From: an uncultured Bifidobacterium sp.
GTDB taxonomy: Bacteria; Verrucomicrobiota; Verrucomicrobiia; Limisphaerales; JADLHS01
Direction of reading: 5' to 3'
Length of the DNA stretch: 64,000 bases
Assembly (NCBI GenBank): GCA_964594985.1
Contig: CAZQNQ010000010.1
Span: forward strand, 71,466-135,465
Numbering within the stretch: the stretch's first letter is position 1; the number at the start of each line of letters is the position of its first letter. This document shows, in pieces, positions 46,265 through 54,874 of this stretch. The position numbers were made by a program, and so were the translations under genes. Under the pieces are notes generated by a model. It saw nothing but the letters and a program-made list of their open reading frames with translations. It had not been told where the DNA came from and ran no database searches.

Positions 46265-46447
46265 TCAATCTTCCGCTTCGGTTGCATCCTCCGCGCCGCC
46301 GAACTCCGGACAGCAGGAGCAGGAAGTTCCATAACAATCCGCACACAGTTTCTTTTCGCCAAAATCATAGGCGCCGTAACGCCCGCATTTGTCGCACGTA
46401 CGCTGCGGATCGGGTTTGATTTCCGTATTCAGGTCCATTCCGGCCAC
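46265..46447 (-). CDS. Small Cys-rich (zinc-ribbon-like) protein
   Basis: 60 aa with CDKCGRYGAYDFGEKKLCADCYGTSCSCCPEF. Confidence 0.5.
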   Translation of the reverse strand: MAGMDLNTEIKPDPQRTCDKCGRYGAYDFGEKKLCADCYGTSCSCCPEFGGAEDATEAED

Positions 46448-46456
46448 AGTTTGGCA

Positions 46457-47137
46457 TCAAACCTTGGGCTTGGCCAGTTGCATGGCGATGTACGCCCCGT
46501 GCAACAGCGCCAGGAAGATCAGGCCGAAGCCCGAGGCGCGCTCCATCCGCAACAGGGTCTTCTCGGTGAACTTTTTGTGCCCCAGGGAAATCGCCCAGCT
46601 CAACCCGATGAACCAGACCCCCACGCCCGCGGTCACGCCCACCAGACAGGCCAGTTTGCCTTCGCGATTCGGCTCGACCCAGCCGCGCGAGATGAAATTG
46701 GCGCCGAGAATGATCCAGCCCAGCAACACGCCGGGATTGGCCAGGGTGCGGACGAACCCCGTCATGAACGCGGAGTGCGGATGCAGTTTCGCTTCGATCT
46801 TCATCTCGATGCGTTGCTCCAGCTTTTCCACGACGGCGACGGTTTTCGCCATCGCGAAGCGCACGCCCAAAAACAGCAGGAAGGCGAAACTGAACACCTC
46901 CATGACCGACTTGATCGCGCCCTTCTGGAAAAAGGCCGCAAACCCGGTGAACGCGATGGCGCAATAGATGACTTCCATCACGGTCGCCCCGATGCCGATC
47001 AACGCGGCCCACTTGAACCCGCGCCGCGCGCCCTCGTTGATAATGGTCAGATTGACCGGCCCGACCGGGATGCACAACGCGAGACCCGCAATGAACCCGG
47101 TCAACGTCGCGATGAAGATAGGTGGCAACTCCGGCAT
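46457..47137 (-). CDS. LysE/RhtB family amino-acid exporter
   Basis: 226 aa, 6 TM. N-terminal FIATLTGFIAGLALCIPVGPVNL is typical of the LysE family. Confidence 0.75.
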   Translation of the reverse strand: MPELPPIFIATLTGFIAGLALCIPVGPVNLTIINEGARRGFKWAALIGIGATVMEVIYCAIAFTGFAAFFQKGAIKSVMEVFSFAFLLFLGVRFAMAKTVAVVEKLEQRIEMKIEAKLHPHSAFMTGFVRTLANPGVLLGWIILGANFISRGWVEPNREGKLACLVGVTAGVGVWFIGLSWAISLGHKKFTEKTLLRMERASGFGLIFLALLHGAYIAMQLAKPKV

Positions 47138-47143
47138 GATCCC

Positions 47144-48043
47144 TTAATCCGCCCGCTTCGGCGCTTCATCCTCGTCGTCATCTTCCTCGATGATGTCCCG
47201 GCGCGTCTGCCGCGAGAGCCGCGGCCGGATGAAGCCGTAAATCAGATACGCCGTGAAGAACAACGGCAGGATGAACATCAGAACCTTGCCCTTGGACACT
47301 ACAATCAAGCCCAGCAACAAGATCGCAATCAACATCCCGGGGAACGACCGCGTCGTGCGCAGGTTCAGCACCTTGAAGCTTGGATACTTCACCTGGCTCA
47401 CCATCATCCACGAGAGAAACAGCATCAGCACCGGCAACAGGTAGCGCCAACGGCTGTGGTTGAACTTTCCCTCCATCCACCCGTTTTCATTGAGCCAGAT
47501 CATCAAAAAGGTCAGTGAGGTGACCAGTGCCGCCGCCGAGGGAATGGGAAAACCGAGAAACTCCTTGCTGCCGCCCCCGGGCATGGCCGCCAGACAGTTG
47601 AACCGGGCCAGCCGAAACGCCCCGCAGACCAGATAAATGGACGCGATGAACCAGCCGATTTCCGCGTATTGTACAAAGACATCCTTGAGCACGATGCGAT
47701 GCACCAGAAACGCCGGGGCCGCGCCGAACGAAATCAAGTCCGCCAGCGAATCAAACTCCCGCCCGAACGGACTGTCCGCCCCGATCATCCGCGCCACGCG
47801 TCCGTCAAACAGATCGAACACACAGGCGGCGAGAATGAAAGCCATCGCGATCTTGATGTCGGTGAAGTTGCCCGAGCCGATATCCGCCTCGACAATCTTC
47901 GTCAGCGCCACGAAGCCGCAAAAAAGATTTCCCGCTGTCAGCAGGTTCGGCAGGAAATAAATCTTCAGCTTCGGCTCGGGGGCGTCGCCGTTGGTAGTGG
48001 TGGTATTGTCAGCCATGTGGTCACTCAACCCGGATTCGCGCAA
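47144..48043 (-). CDS. pssA: CDP-diacylglycerol--serine O-phosphatidyltransferase
   Basis: CDP-alcohol phosphatidyltransferase motif DGRVARMIGADSPFGREFDSLADLISFG. The start may be the Met at 48016. Confidence 0.85.
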   Translation of the reverse strand: MRESGLSDHMADNTTTTNGDAPEPKLKIYFLPNLLTAGNLFCGFVALTKIVEADIGSGNFTDIKIAMAFILAACVFDLFDGRVARMIGADSPFGREFDSLADLISFGAAPAFLVHRIVLKDVFVQYAEIGWFIASIYLVCGAFRLARFNCLAAMPGGGSKEFLGFPIPSAAALVTSLTFLMIWLNENGWMEGKFNHSRWRYLLPVLMLFLSWMMVSQVKYPSFKVLNLRTTRSFPGMLIAILLLGLIVVSKGKVLMFILPLFFTAYLIYGFIRPRLSRQTRRDIIEEDDDEDEAPKRAD

Positions 48044-48154
48044 ACCGCAGCTTGGGCTTTACCCGGTTGTTTCATGTGTTCAAGGTAAGGACGGTTCGCG
48101 CGGGGGCAAAGCATAAAATCCGCCCGGCGCGGAACTGATATCGAGATCGAACCG

Positions 48155-48532
48155 ATGAACCCTGATTGGGAACAGCTCAAGAAACTGGCCGCAACCGAAG
48201 TGGACATGACGTTGGCGGAACTGCCCGTGCGCTTGCGCGACTGCGCCGCCCGCCTGCCGGTCACCTTCGAGCGGGTGCCGCATGCGGATTTTGTCGCGGA
48301 AGGCATTGAAGCGGATTCGTTGGGCTTGTTCACCGGGCCGGCGTTTGGCGAGGAAGATCAGGCCGCGTCGCCCGTGCCCCCGCAGATCATTCTCTATCTC
48401 GAAAACCTCTGGAATTATGCGGAGGGCGACGAGGAGATTTACCTCGATGAAGTCCACACCACGTATCTCCACGAACTCGGCCACTACCTCGGCCTGGATG
48501 AAGACGACCTCACGGAGCGCGGCTTGGATTAG
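48155..48532 (+). CDS. Small zincin-like metallopeptidase family protein
   Basis: 125 aa ending in HELGHYLGLDEDDLTERGLD (HExxH). Confidence 0.7.
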   Translation: MNPDWEQLKKLAATEVDMTLAELPVRLRDCAARLPVTFERVPHADFVAEGIEADSLGLFTGPAFGEEDQAASPVPPQIILYLENLWNYAEGDEEIYLDEVHTTYLHELGHYLGLDEDDLTERGLD

Positions 48533-48570
48533 GAGCGCCGCGCACCGCCTCGGCCCGGCCCTGAGTTTTT

Positions 48571-48688
48571 GAACCACGAAACACACGAAAGGCACGAAAA
48601 GAACACCAAAGGAAAAACCTTCGCCGTGACAATTATCTCAACCGCTCGATTTTGTTCCCTTTTCGTGTGTTCCGTGTGTTTCGTGGTT
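48571..48688. repeat. Periodic-arm hairpin with GAACCACGAAACAC...GTTTCGTGGTT termini (family E)
   Basis: AACCACGAAACACACGAAAGGCACGAAAAG faces CTTTTCGTGTGTTCCGTGTGTTTCGTGGTT. Confidence 0.8.
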
Positions 48689-48690
48689 GC

Positions 48691-49056
48691 TTATCGGGCC
48701 GAGCCGGTACTCGGCGCTCCTTTCGCGTAAGCCTGCACTAACGCGGCCAATTCCTTTTTCACATCCGCAAGCTTCGGATCGCCGGCCAGATTCTGCAACT
48801 CGTGCGGGTCGGCTTGCTGATCAAACAACATCGCGCTGTTCTTACCATCCAGGCCGAACTCCGCGTAGCGCCAACGCTCATTTCGCACGGCCACGCCGTG
48901 ATATGTCTTCCCGTCCTCACTCCACACCGTGAACGCCGGATGATTCCACTCGGCCTTGGGATTCTTCAACAACGGCACAAGACTGCGCCCTTCGAGTTCT
49001 TTTGCCACCGGCAAACCGCACAGTTCCACCAGCGGCGGATAAAAATCCACAACCAA
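48691..49056 (-). pseudogene. C-terminal remnant of a sulfatase
   Basis: DFYPPLVELCGLPVAKELEGRSLVPLL...LFDQQADPHELQNLAGDP is the conserved sulfatase C-terminus. Only ~120 aa are present. An in-frame TAA lies immediately upstream, and the catalytic N-terminal ~350 aa are absent. Confidence 0.7.
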
Positions 49057-49106
49057 CCGGCCTTAGCGCCTGTTTGAAAAGACAGCATTGCCCCTCGTTC
49101 TCGTTC

Positions 49107-49152
49107 TCGTCGTCGTCCTCGATTTTTCAAGGGAATGCGAGGACGACGACGA
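49107..49152. repeat. Hairpin TCGTCGTCGTCCTCG / CGAGGACGACGACGA
   Basis: 15-nt perfect arms with a 16-nt loop, adjacent to the sulfatase truncation point. Confidence 0.8.
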
Positions 49153-49217
49153 TTCGCCGGCACGGGAGTTTTCAGACCGGCTCTTAGCCGGAGCCATGCA
49201 GTTAAAGATCAATTGTG

Positions 49218-49361
49218 CCGCACGCCAAGGACGCGAAGGACGCCAAGGGGGGAAGTTTCTGTCGTGTTCCGGGCACCGTTGCTGGCGCTGCTTGGGTTGC
49301 GCTATGTCGGCTTTTAATCCGGCTGGTTTGCTTTGCGGCCTTCGCGCCCTTGGCGTGCGGC
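49218..49361. repeat. Family D long inverted repeat (GCCGCACGCCAAGGACGCGAAGGACGCCAAGG ... CCTTCGCGCCCTTGGCGTGCGGC)
   Basis: Terminal arms are complementary and share the CGCCCTTGGCGTG core with 3696-3777 and 26658-26700. Confidence 0.75.
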
Positions 49362-49465
49362 GCAAGAAGTTGCTACTGCATGGTTCCGGCTTAGACCAGA
49401 GCAACCTCCCATTCTGGCGAGGCTTGGGCTTGCCGTGCCCGGAGTGAGCGCGCTAATTTCACCCC

Positions 49466-49819
49466 GTGGCCTCGCAACCAAAAGCTCGCACCCGCCTCCG
49501 CATCTATCACGGGGAACGGATTGCGCTCGGCCCGGGCAAAGTGGAGTTGCTCACACGCATCGCGGCGACCGGCTCGATCTCCGAAGCCGCCCGGCAGATG
49601 GGCATGTCGTATAACCGCGCGTGGCTGCACGTTCAGGACATCAACAAAAGTTTCAAGTCGCCGCTGGTCACGTCATTGCGCGGCGGCAATTCCGGCGGCG
49701 GCGCGGCGCTGACGGAAACCGGGAAACAAATCCTCGCTTTGTATCAACAGTTGGAAACCGAAGCCCAAGCCGCGACCGAGAAAACCTGGAAACAAGTCCA
49801 GCAACTGCTGCGCGATTAG
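49466..49819 (+). CDS. ModE-like molybdenum-responsive regulator, N-terminal wHTH only (no Mop/TOBE domains)
   Basis: GPGKVELLTRIAATGSISEAARQMGMSYNRAWLHVQDIN...GGNSGGGAALTETG matches the ModE N-terminal domain. Only 117 aa. Confidence 0.75.
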   Translation: MASQPKARTRLRIYHGERIALGPGKVELLTRIAATGSISEAARQMGMSYNRAWLHVQDINKSFKSPLVTSLRGGNSGGGAALTETGKQILALYQQLETEAQAATEKTWKQVQQLLRD

Positions 49820-49966
49820 AACAGTTCGCAAAATGTTTGGCGGAACCGAATTTCCCGCACCCGGCCGGTGGCCACCCTCTCCCCATCCGATGGGGAGAGG
49901 GTCGGGGTGAGGGGCCTTTCGCCAGCACCTCGTTCCCGACCTTCTTTTGGCAGGACGCTCTAACCC
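49818..49966. repeat. Family C repeat (about 150 bp) with core palindrome CCCTCTCCCCATCCGATGGGGAGAGGG
   Basis: AGAACAGTTCGCAAAATGTTTGGCGGAACCGAATTTCCCGCACCCGGCCGG... is nearly identical to 62361-62508. Starts within the modE-like stop codon. Confidence 0.85.
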
Positions 49967-50022
49967 ACCCCGCAAGACGGATTCATGGCCACGCCCCGAA
50001 ATAATCATGCCCCGCCCCACCG

Positions 50023-50043
50023 TTATACTTGATTAAGTATAAT
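50023..50043 (+). promoter_or_regulatory. Candidate ModE operator overlapping a TATAAT -10 box
   Basis: Perfect palindrome TTATACTT-GATT-AAGTATAA (50023-50042), preceded by CG as in the E. coli ModE half-site CGnTATAT. TATAAT at 50038-50043. AT-rich island about 150 nt upstream of the porin-modABC genes. Confidence 0.5.
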
Positions 50044-50191
50044 GACTTTGTTTTTCTCGCTGCCATGAAATTGCGGGTTCGCGGCAACCCTTTGCGCCTG
50101 CGTCTGAGCGAGGATGATGCCGACGCGTTTGAACACCCCGGCGGGAGGACAACTCATGGCTGCGGCCTGACCACGACGGAAGAATGAATTC

Positions 50192-51682
50192 ATGAACCAC
50201 CAAACATCCCAAACAACGAAACGACTGGCCCGCACCGCTCTGCTCGGTGCCTGCCTGGCAACCACTGCGGCGGCCTCCGCCCAAACCAATCAACCGGCGG
50301 CAAGTCCATCCGCCACGGCGACCACGCCGGCCAAGACGACCCCCGCCAGTCAGGGGTTGATCAATGACTGGCTGCGCGAACAGTCGGCGGAATTCAAGAA
50401 ATGGGATTTGGGCGGACAGGTCCGCGTCCGCTATGAAGCCAGGGAAAACGCCGGTTTCGTGGCCAATCGCGATTTCACCCGCAATCTGGACAACAGCAAC
50501 GATTACGTTTTGTTCCGGGAAAAAATCCACCTCGGCTACACGCCGGCAAGCTGGTTGAATCTCTACGTGGAGGGCCGCGACGCCTCATCACACTCGGATA
50601 AACGCAATCCCAGCCCCGACGAGGATGCGTTCGATTTGCATCAGGCTTCCGTTTCACTCGGCGACCCGAAAATGTTTCCCCTGTTGCTGAAGGTGGGCCG
50701 GCAGGAATTGCTCTACGGCGACGAACGTTTCGTCGGGATTGGCGACTGGAGCAATACCGGGCGGAGCTTCGATGCGGCAAAACTCCGCTTTGAAAACTCG
50801 TTCTTCTGGGTGGACGCCTTCAGCGGGCGGGTGGTCGTGCCCTACGACGAGCATTTCAACCAATCGAACGACTACGACTGGTTCTCCGGAGTCTATGCTT
50901 CGTCCCGCCAGCTTTTACCGTGGCAGGAGACCCAGCTCTATTTTCTGGCGCGCAATGTCGGCGCCCAAGCTCCGAACGCCGCGGCGCCGGGAGTGCCCGG
51001 CACGCCGACTTCGGCCCGCGATGTTTACACCGTCGGCGCGCGTTTCAAATCGTTGCCCGGCAAAATCGGCGGCTGGGATTACAGCACGGAGATCGCCGGC
51101 CAATTCGGCAGCGTGGTGCAAACCGGAATCCGGCGCGATCTGGAAGCGCTCGCCGCCGATGCGACCTTGGGTTACACGTGGGCCAAGGCCTTTGGTTCGC
51201 CACGGCTGGGAGTTGGTTATACCTACGCCTCCGGCGACGACAGCCCCAACGACGGCAAAACCCAGACCTTTGAACCGCTCTTCGGCACGAACCACAAATT
51301 CTATGGGTTGATGGACCTGTGGGGACTGCGCAACATCCAGAGCGGTCGCGTGACCGCCTCGCTCAAGCCGGTGAAACCACTGACCCTGACCGCGGAGTAT
51401 CATCTCCTCTGGCTCGCCGATACGGCGGATTTCTTTTATCCCGAATCCGGCAGTGGCCGCAGTGGCAATGGCTATGGTCGCAATGCCCAGTTCGACAGCT
51501 TCGTCGGTTCGGAATTCAACCTCCTGGCCACCTACACGCCGGTTTCTTATGTGGATCTGCAACTCGGCTATGGTCATTTTTTTGTGGGGGATTACATCCG
51601 GCAATCGGTGAATTCCGCCCCGGCCAACGGCGGCGCGCAGGATGCGGACTGGTTTTATGCTCAAATCCGGTTTAATTTCTGA
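50192..51682 (+). CDS. Alginate-export-family outer membrane beta-barrel porin
   Basis: Signal peptide ...ACLATTAAASAQ. VGRQELLYGDERFVGIGDWSNTGRSFDAAKLRF matches the Alginate_exp signature. C-terminal ...YAQIRFNF. Confidence 0.8.
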   Translation: MNHQTSQTTKRLARTALLGACLATTAAASAQTNQPAASPSATATTPAKTTPASQGLINDWLREQSAEFKKWDLGGQVRVRYEARENAGFVANRDFTRNLDNSNDYVLFREKIHLGYTPASWLNLYVEGRDASSHSDKRNPSPDEDAFDLHQASVSLGDPKMFPLLLKVGRQELLYGDERFVGIGDWSNTGRSFDAAKLRFENSFFWVDAFSGRVVVPYDEHFNQSNDYDWFSGVYASSRQLLPWQETQLYFLARNVGAQAPNAAAPGVPGTPTSARDVYTVGARFKSLPGKIGGWDYSTEIAGQFGSVVQTGIRRDLEALAADATLGYTWAKAFGSPRLGVGYTYASGDDSPNDGKTQTFEPLFGTNHKFYGLMDLWGLRNIQSGRVTASLKPVKPLTLTAEYHLLWLADTADFFYPESGSGRSGNGYGRNAQFDSFVGSEFNLLATYTPVSYVDLQLGYGHFFVGDYIRQSVNSAPANGGAQDADWFYAQIRFNF

Positions 51683-51789
51683 CCCCATCAGAACCAGCCA
51701 TGCCATTACCACGGCAACGATCCCATTGCCCCACCAAACCAACTTGGCACTGACGATCAATGAACCAACGGCGCACAATTTCCCGAAAC

Positions 51790-52563
51790 ATGAAAAATAA
51801 AAACTTCCTCATCGCAGCGTTCCTGCAAATCACCCTCGCGCTGGGGTTCCTGGCGCTGACGCCGCTTCGCGCGGCGGAAATCAACGTCTTTGCCGCCGCC
51901 AGCCTGACGGATTCGCTCAAGGAGATCGCGGTGAAATACGAAAAGCAATCCGGCGACAAACTGGTTTTCAATCTTGGTGCCTCCAGCACTCTCGCCCGGC
52001 AGATCGAATCCGGCGCCCCCGCTGACATCTTCTTTTCCGCCGACGAAGCCAAGATGGACGGCCTCGAAAAGAAAGGCCTGATTGATGCCGCCACGCGCAA
52101 GAGCCGGCTCGGCAATGCGCTCGTCGTCGTGATCGCTGCGGACAGCGCGCTGAAGATTGATTCCGCTCAAGCGCTCACCAATGCCGCCGTGCAGAAGATC
52201 GCCCTCGCCGACCCGAAGGCCGTGCCCGCCGGAGTTTACGCCAAGCAATGGCTGGACGGTTTGCAACTCTGGGCGGCAATCGAACCCAAGGTTGTGCCCA
52301 CGGAAAATGTCCGCGCCGCGCTGGCCGCCGTGGAGTCCGGCAATGTCGAGGCGGGCGTCGTCTATAAAACCGACGCGGGCATTTCCAAGAAGGTCAAAGT
52401 CGCCTACGAAGTGCCGGCGAAAGATGCACCGAAGATCAGCTATCCCGTCGCACTGGTGAAGGAGTCCAAGCAGGCCGACGTGGCGAAAAAATTCCTGAAT
52501 TACCTCGACTCCAAAGACGCGGGCGACATCTTCAAGAAATTCGGCTTCGTGCTGCTCGAATAA
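51790..52563 (+). CDS. modA: Molybdate ABC transporter substrate-binding protein
   Basis: Start at MKNKNFLIAAFLQ (signal peptide). VFAAASLTDSLKEI and GVVYKTDA motifs. Confidence 0.88.
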   Translation: MKNKNFLIAAFLQITLALGFLALTPLRAAEINVFAAASLTDSLKEIAVKYEKQSGDKLVFNLGASSTLARQIESGAPADIFFSADEAKMDGLEKKGLIDAATRKSRLGNALVVVIAADSALKIDSAQALTNAAVQKIALADPKAVPAGVYAKQWLDGLQLWAAIEPKVVPTENVRAALAAVESGNVEAGVVYKTDAGISKKVKVAYEVPAKDAPKISYPVALVKESKQADVAKKFLNYLDSKDAGDIFKKFGFVLLE

Positions 52564-52590
52564 AATGCAGACGCGTCGCTGCGAGTCGCA

Positions 52591-53259
52591 ATGAGTCCGG
52601 AAGAATGGCAGATCATCTGGTTTACCGCATGGGTATCCGCCCTGAGCACGGTGCTCATCCTGCCGTTCGGGCTCGCGCTCGCGTGGGCGCTGGCCCGCCA
52701 CGATTGGCCGGGTAAATCGCTGGTCGAAACTTTCATCTCGCTGCCACTCGTCATGCCGCCGGTGGCGACGGGTCTGATTCTCCTGCAACTCTTCGGACGA
52801 CGCGGTGCGATTGGCGGCTTTCTCCACGACAAATTGAACTTCGATGTCGTATTCACGTGGCGGGCGGTGTTGCTGGCGTTGGCGGTGATGTCGTTGCCGT
52901 TGCTCGTGCGGTCGGCGCGCGTGGCGTTTGAAGGCGTGAACCCGCGCCTCGAACAGATCGCGCGCACGCTCGGCGCCGGCAACTGGCGCGTCTTCTTCAC
53001 CATCACCGTGCCGCTGGCCGCGCGCGGCATCGTGGCGGGCCTGGTGCTGGCCTTCGCCCGCGCGCTCGGCGAGTTCGGCGCGACCATCATGATCGCCGGC
53101 AACATTCCCGGCAAAACCGCCACGCTCTCGCTCGCGATCTTCCACAATGTGCAACTTGGCCAGGACGGCGCGGCGTTCCGGCTGCTGGCGGTGTCCGTGC
53201 TGCTGGCCTTTGCCGCCGTATGGTTCAGTGAATTTTTGCTGCGCCGGAAAAAACCATGA
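52591..53259 (+). CDS. modB: Molybdate ABC transporter permease
   Basis: 222 aa with the EAA-loop region ARTLGAGNWRVFFTITVPLA and FARALGEFGATIMIAGNIPGKT. Confidence 0.9.
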   Translation: MSPEEWQIIWFTAWVSALSTVLILPFGLALAWALARHDWPGKSLVETFISLPLVMPPVATGLILLQLFGRRGAIGGFLHDKLNFDVVFTWRAVLLALAVMSLPLLVRSARVAFEGVNPRLEQIARTLGAGNWRVFFTITVPLAARGIVAGLVLAFARALGEFGATIMIAGNIPGKTATLSLAIFHNVQLGQDGAAFRLLAVSVLLAFAAVWFSEFLLRRKKP

Positions 53260-54326
53260 GCCTGCTGCTCAAGAACATTTCCCTGCCGCTCGCAACGTTC
53301 CCGCTGGAAGTGAACGTGGAACTTTCCGGGCGCGTCACGACGCTGTTCGGCCCGTCCGGCGCGGGCAAAACCTCGCTGCTCGATCTGATCGCGGGTCTTC
53401 GCACCGCGCGCTCCGCCTTCATTCAACTCGGCGACCGCGTGCTCACGGACACCGCGAAGCGTTTTGCCATGCCGACGCACCAACGCGGCATCGGCTACGT
53501 GCCGCAGGACCTCGCGCTGTTCCCGCATCTGTCGGTGCGGCAGAACCTGCTTTACGGACGCAAAGCGGATCGTCCCCCGGACGCACGCTTCCAGTTCGAA
53601 CACATCATCGAAGTGCTGGAAATCCGTCCGCTGGTGGCGCGCCGCGTCACGGAACTTTCCGGCGGCGAAAAGCAACGGGTAGCACTCGCCCGCGCTTTGC
53701 TGGCATCCCCGGAATTGCTGTTGTTCGACGAACCGCTGGCCAGTCTCGACGCGCCGCTCAAAGTGAAGATCCTCCCCTGCTTCAAACGCATCCGCGACGA
53801 GTTCAACCTCCCCATGATTTGTGTCACGCATGACCGGCTGGAGGCGCTGGCTCTCGCCGATGAAATGGTCGTGCTGGCCGGCGGGAAAGTGTTGCAGGCC
53901 GGCCCGATGCTGGACGTGTTCAACCGCCCGGCCAACCCTGAAGTCGCCAAACTGGTCGGGGTGGAAACCGTGTTGCCCGGGGTCATCACCGGCGCAAACG
54001 AAGGTCTGGTCACGGTCGCGATCAACGGCACGATGTTGACCGCGCTCGCGCCGGAAGCGCCGGGGAAAAATGTCTTCGTGTGCATCCGGGGCGAGGATGT
54101 GATTCTGCAACGAGATGCGGTCGCCGCCACCAGCGTGCGCAACCGCCTCGCGGCGCGCGTCAAATCATTGCAAGCCGAGGGCGCGTTGGTGCGCGTGGAA
54201 CTGGATGCGGGCTTTCCGCTGTTCGCCGTCGTGACGCGGCCTGCTTGTGTGGAACTGGATTTGCGCGAAGGTCAGTCGGTGGCGGCACTGATCAAAGCGC
54301 CCGCCGTGCATCTTCTGCCGCGCTGA
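53256..54326 (+). CDS. modC: Molybdate ABC transporter ATP-binding protein with C-terminal TOBE/Mop domain
   Basis: Walker A GPSGAGKTS, signature LSGGEKQRVALARAL, Walker B LLLFDEPLASLD. The C-terminal ~120 aa are TOBE-like. Confidence 0.9.
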   Translation: MSLLLKNISLPLATFPLEVNVELSGRVTTLFGPSGAGKTSLLDLIAGLRTARSAFIQLGDRVLTDTAKRFAMPTHQRGIGYVPQDLALFPHLSVRQNLLYGRKADRPPDARFQFEHIIEVLEIRPLVARRVTELSGGEKQRVALARALLASPELLLFDEPLASLDAPLKVKILPCFKRIRDEFNLPMICVTHDRLEALALADEMVVLAGGKVLQAGPMLDVFNRPANPEVAKLVGVETVLPGVITGANEGLVTVAINGTMLTALAPEAPGKNVFVCIRGEDVILQRDAVAATSVRNRLAARVKSLQAEGALVRVELDAGFPLFAVVTRPACVELDLREGQSVAALIKAPAVHLLPR

Positions 54327-54336
54327 AGCAAACGCG

Positions 54337-54741
54337 TCACGCCGCCGGCGGCTGGATGTGCCGCACGAGCAGCGGAATGCTGGCCTGCACCTTCTCGTCG
54401 AACATCACTTCCAGCGAATAGAGGCCCGGTTCTTCAAACTTGAGCTGCTGGATGTTGAGGATGTAATTGCGCGTGCCGAAGTGCATGTCGCCCGGCAGCG
54501 AGACTTCGAGCGGGATCTCGATCGGCGGCATGATGGCGCGGCCGTCCGCGTCCACGAAGTTGAGTTTCAACTGGCGCTTGCCCTCGTCCTCGCTGGCGAA
54601 GGTCACGCGCAACGCCACGGCGCACTGCGGATGGATGGCCGGCAGTTCGCGCGCGTAGATCGTGTCGAACGCGCCGAGCAGGTTCAACTTGCCGTTGTCG
54701 TCCGTCGCCGCGTCGCAGAGGACCGCCACTTGAATGTTCAT
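54337..54741 (-). CDS. Conserved hypothetical protein
   Basis: 134-aa ORF with good codon bias (MNIQVAVLCDAATDDNGKLNLLGAFDTIY...). Family uncertain. Confidence 0.6.
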   Translation of the reverse strand: MNIQVAVLCDAATDDNGKLNLLGAFDTIYARELPAIHPQCAVALRVTFASEDEGKRQLKLNFVDADGRAIMPPIEIPLEVSLPGDMHFGTRNYILNIQQLKFEEPGLYSLEVMFDEKVQASIPLLVRHIQPPAA

Positions 54742-54874
54742 GCGGCTCCAAGCTAGCCATGAAACCAGGGGAATGGCACGAAAGATTTTTCATTACAGCG
54801 GCGTTACTGTCTCCGCAGCGGACGTTTTTCTCATCGCACCACAAAGCGTGCTATGCTAACCGTGCGTTGCGGAA

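Noticed and set aside
46142-47518. 458-aa plus-strand ORF
   Set aside because: It is antisense to the LysE-family and pssA genes. The translation is His/Arg/Gln/Pro-rich, low-complexity sequence.
50044-50191. Possible Moco riboswitch in the 5' leader of the porin-modABC operon
   Set aside because: I could not find the conserved Moco-motif elements I remember, such as a CCGAGCC-type segment paired with a CCUCC-containing 3' strand. A covariance-model scan with Rfam RF01055 would be needed to settle this.
51757-54110. Two long minus-strand ORFs (465 aa and 536 aa)
   Set aside because: Both are antisense to modA/modB/modC, which have unambiguous ABC-transporter motifs. The translations are low-complexity.
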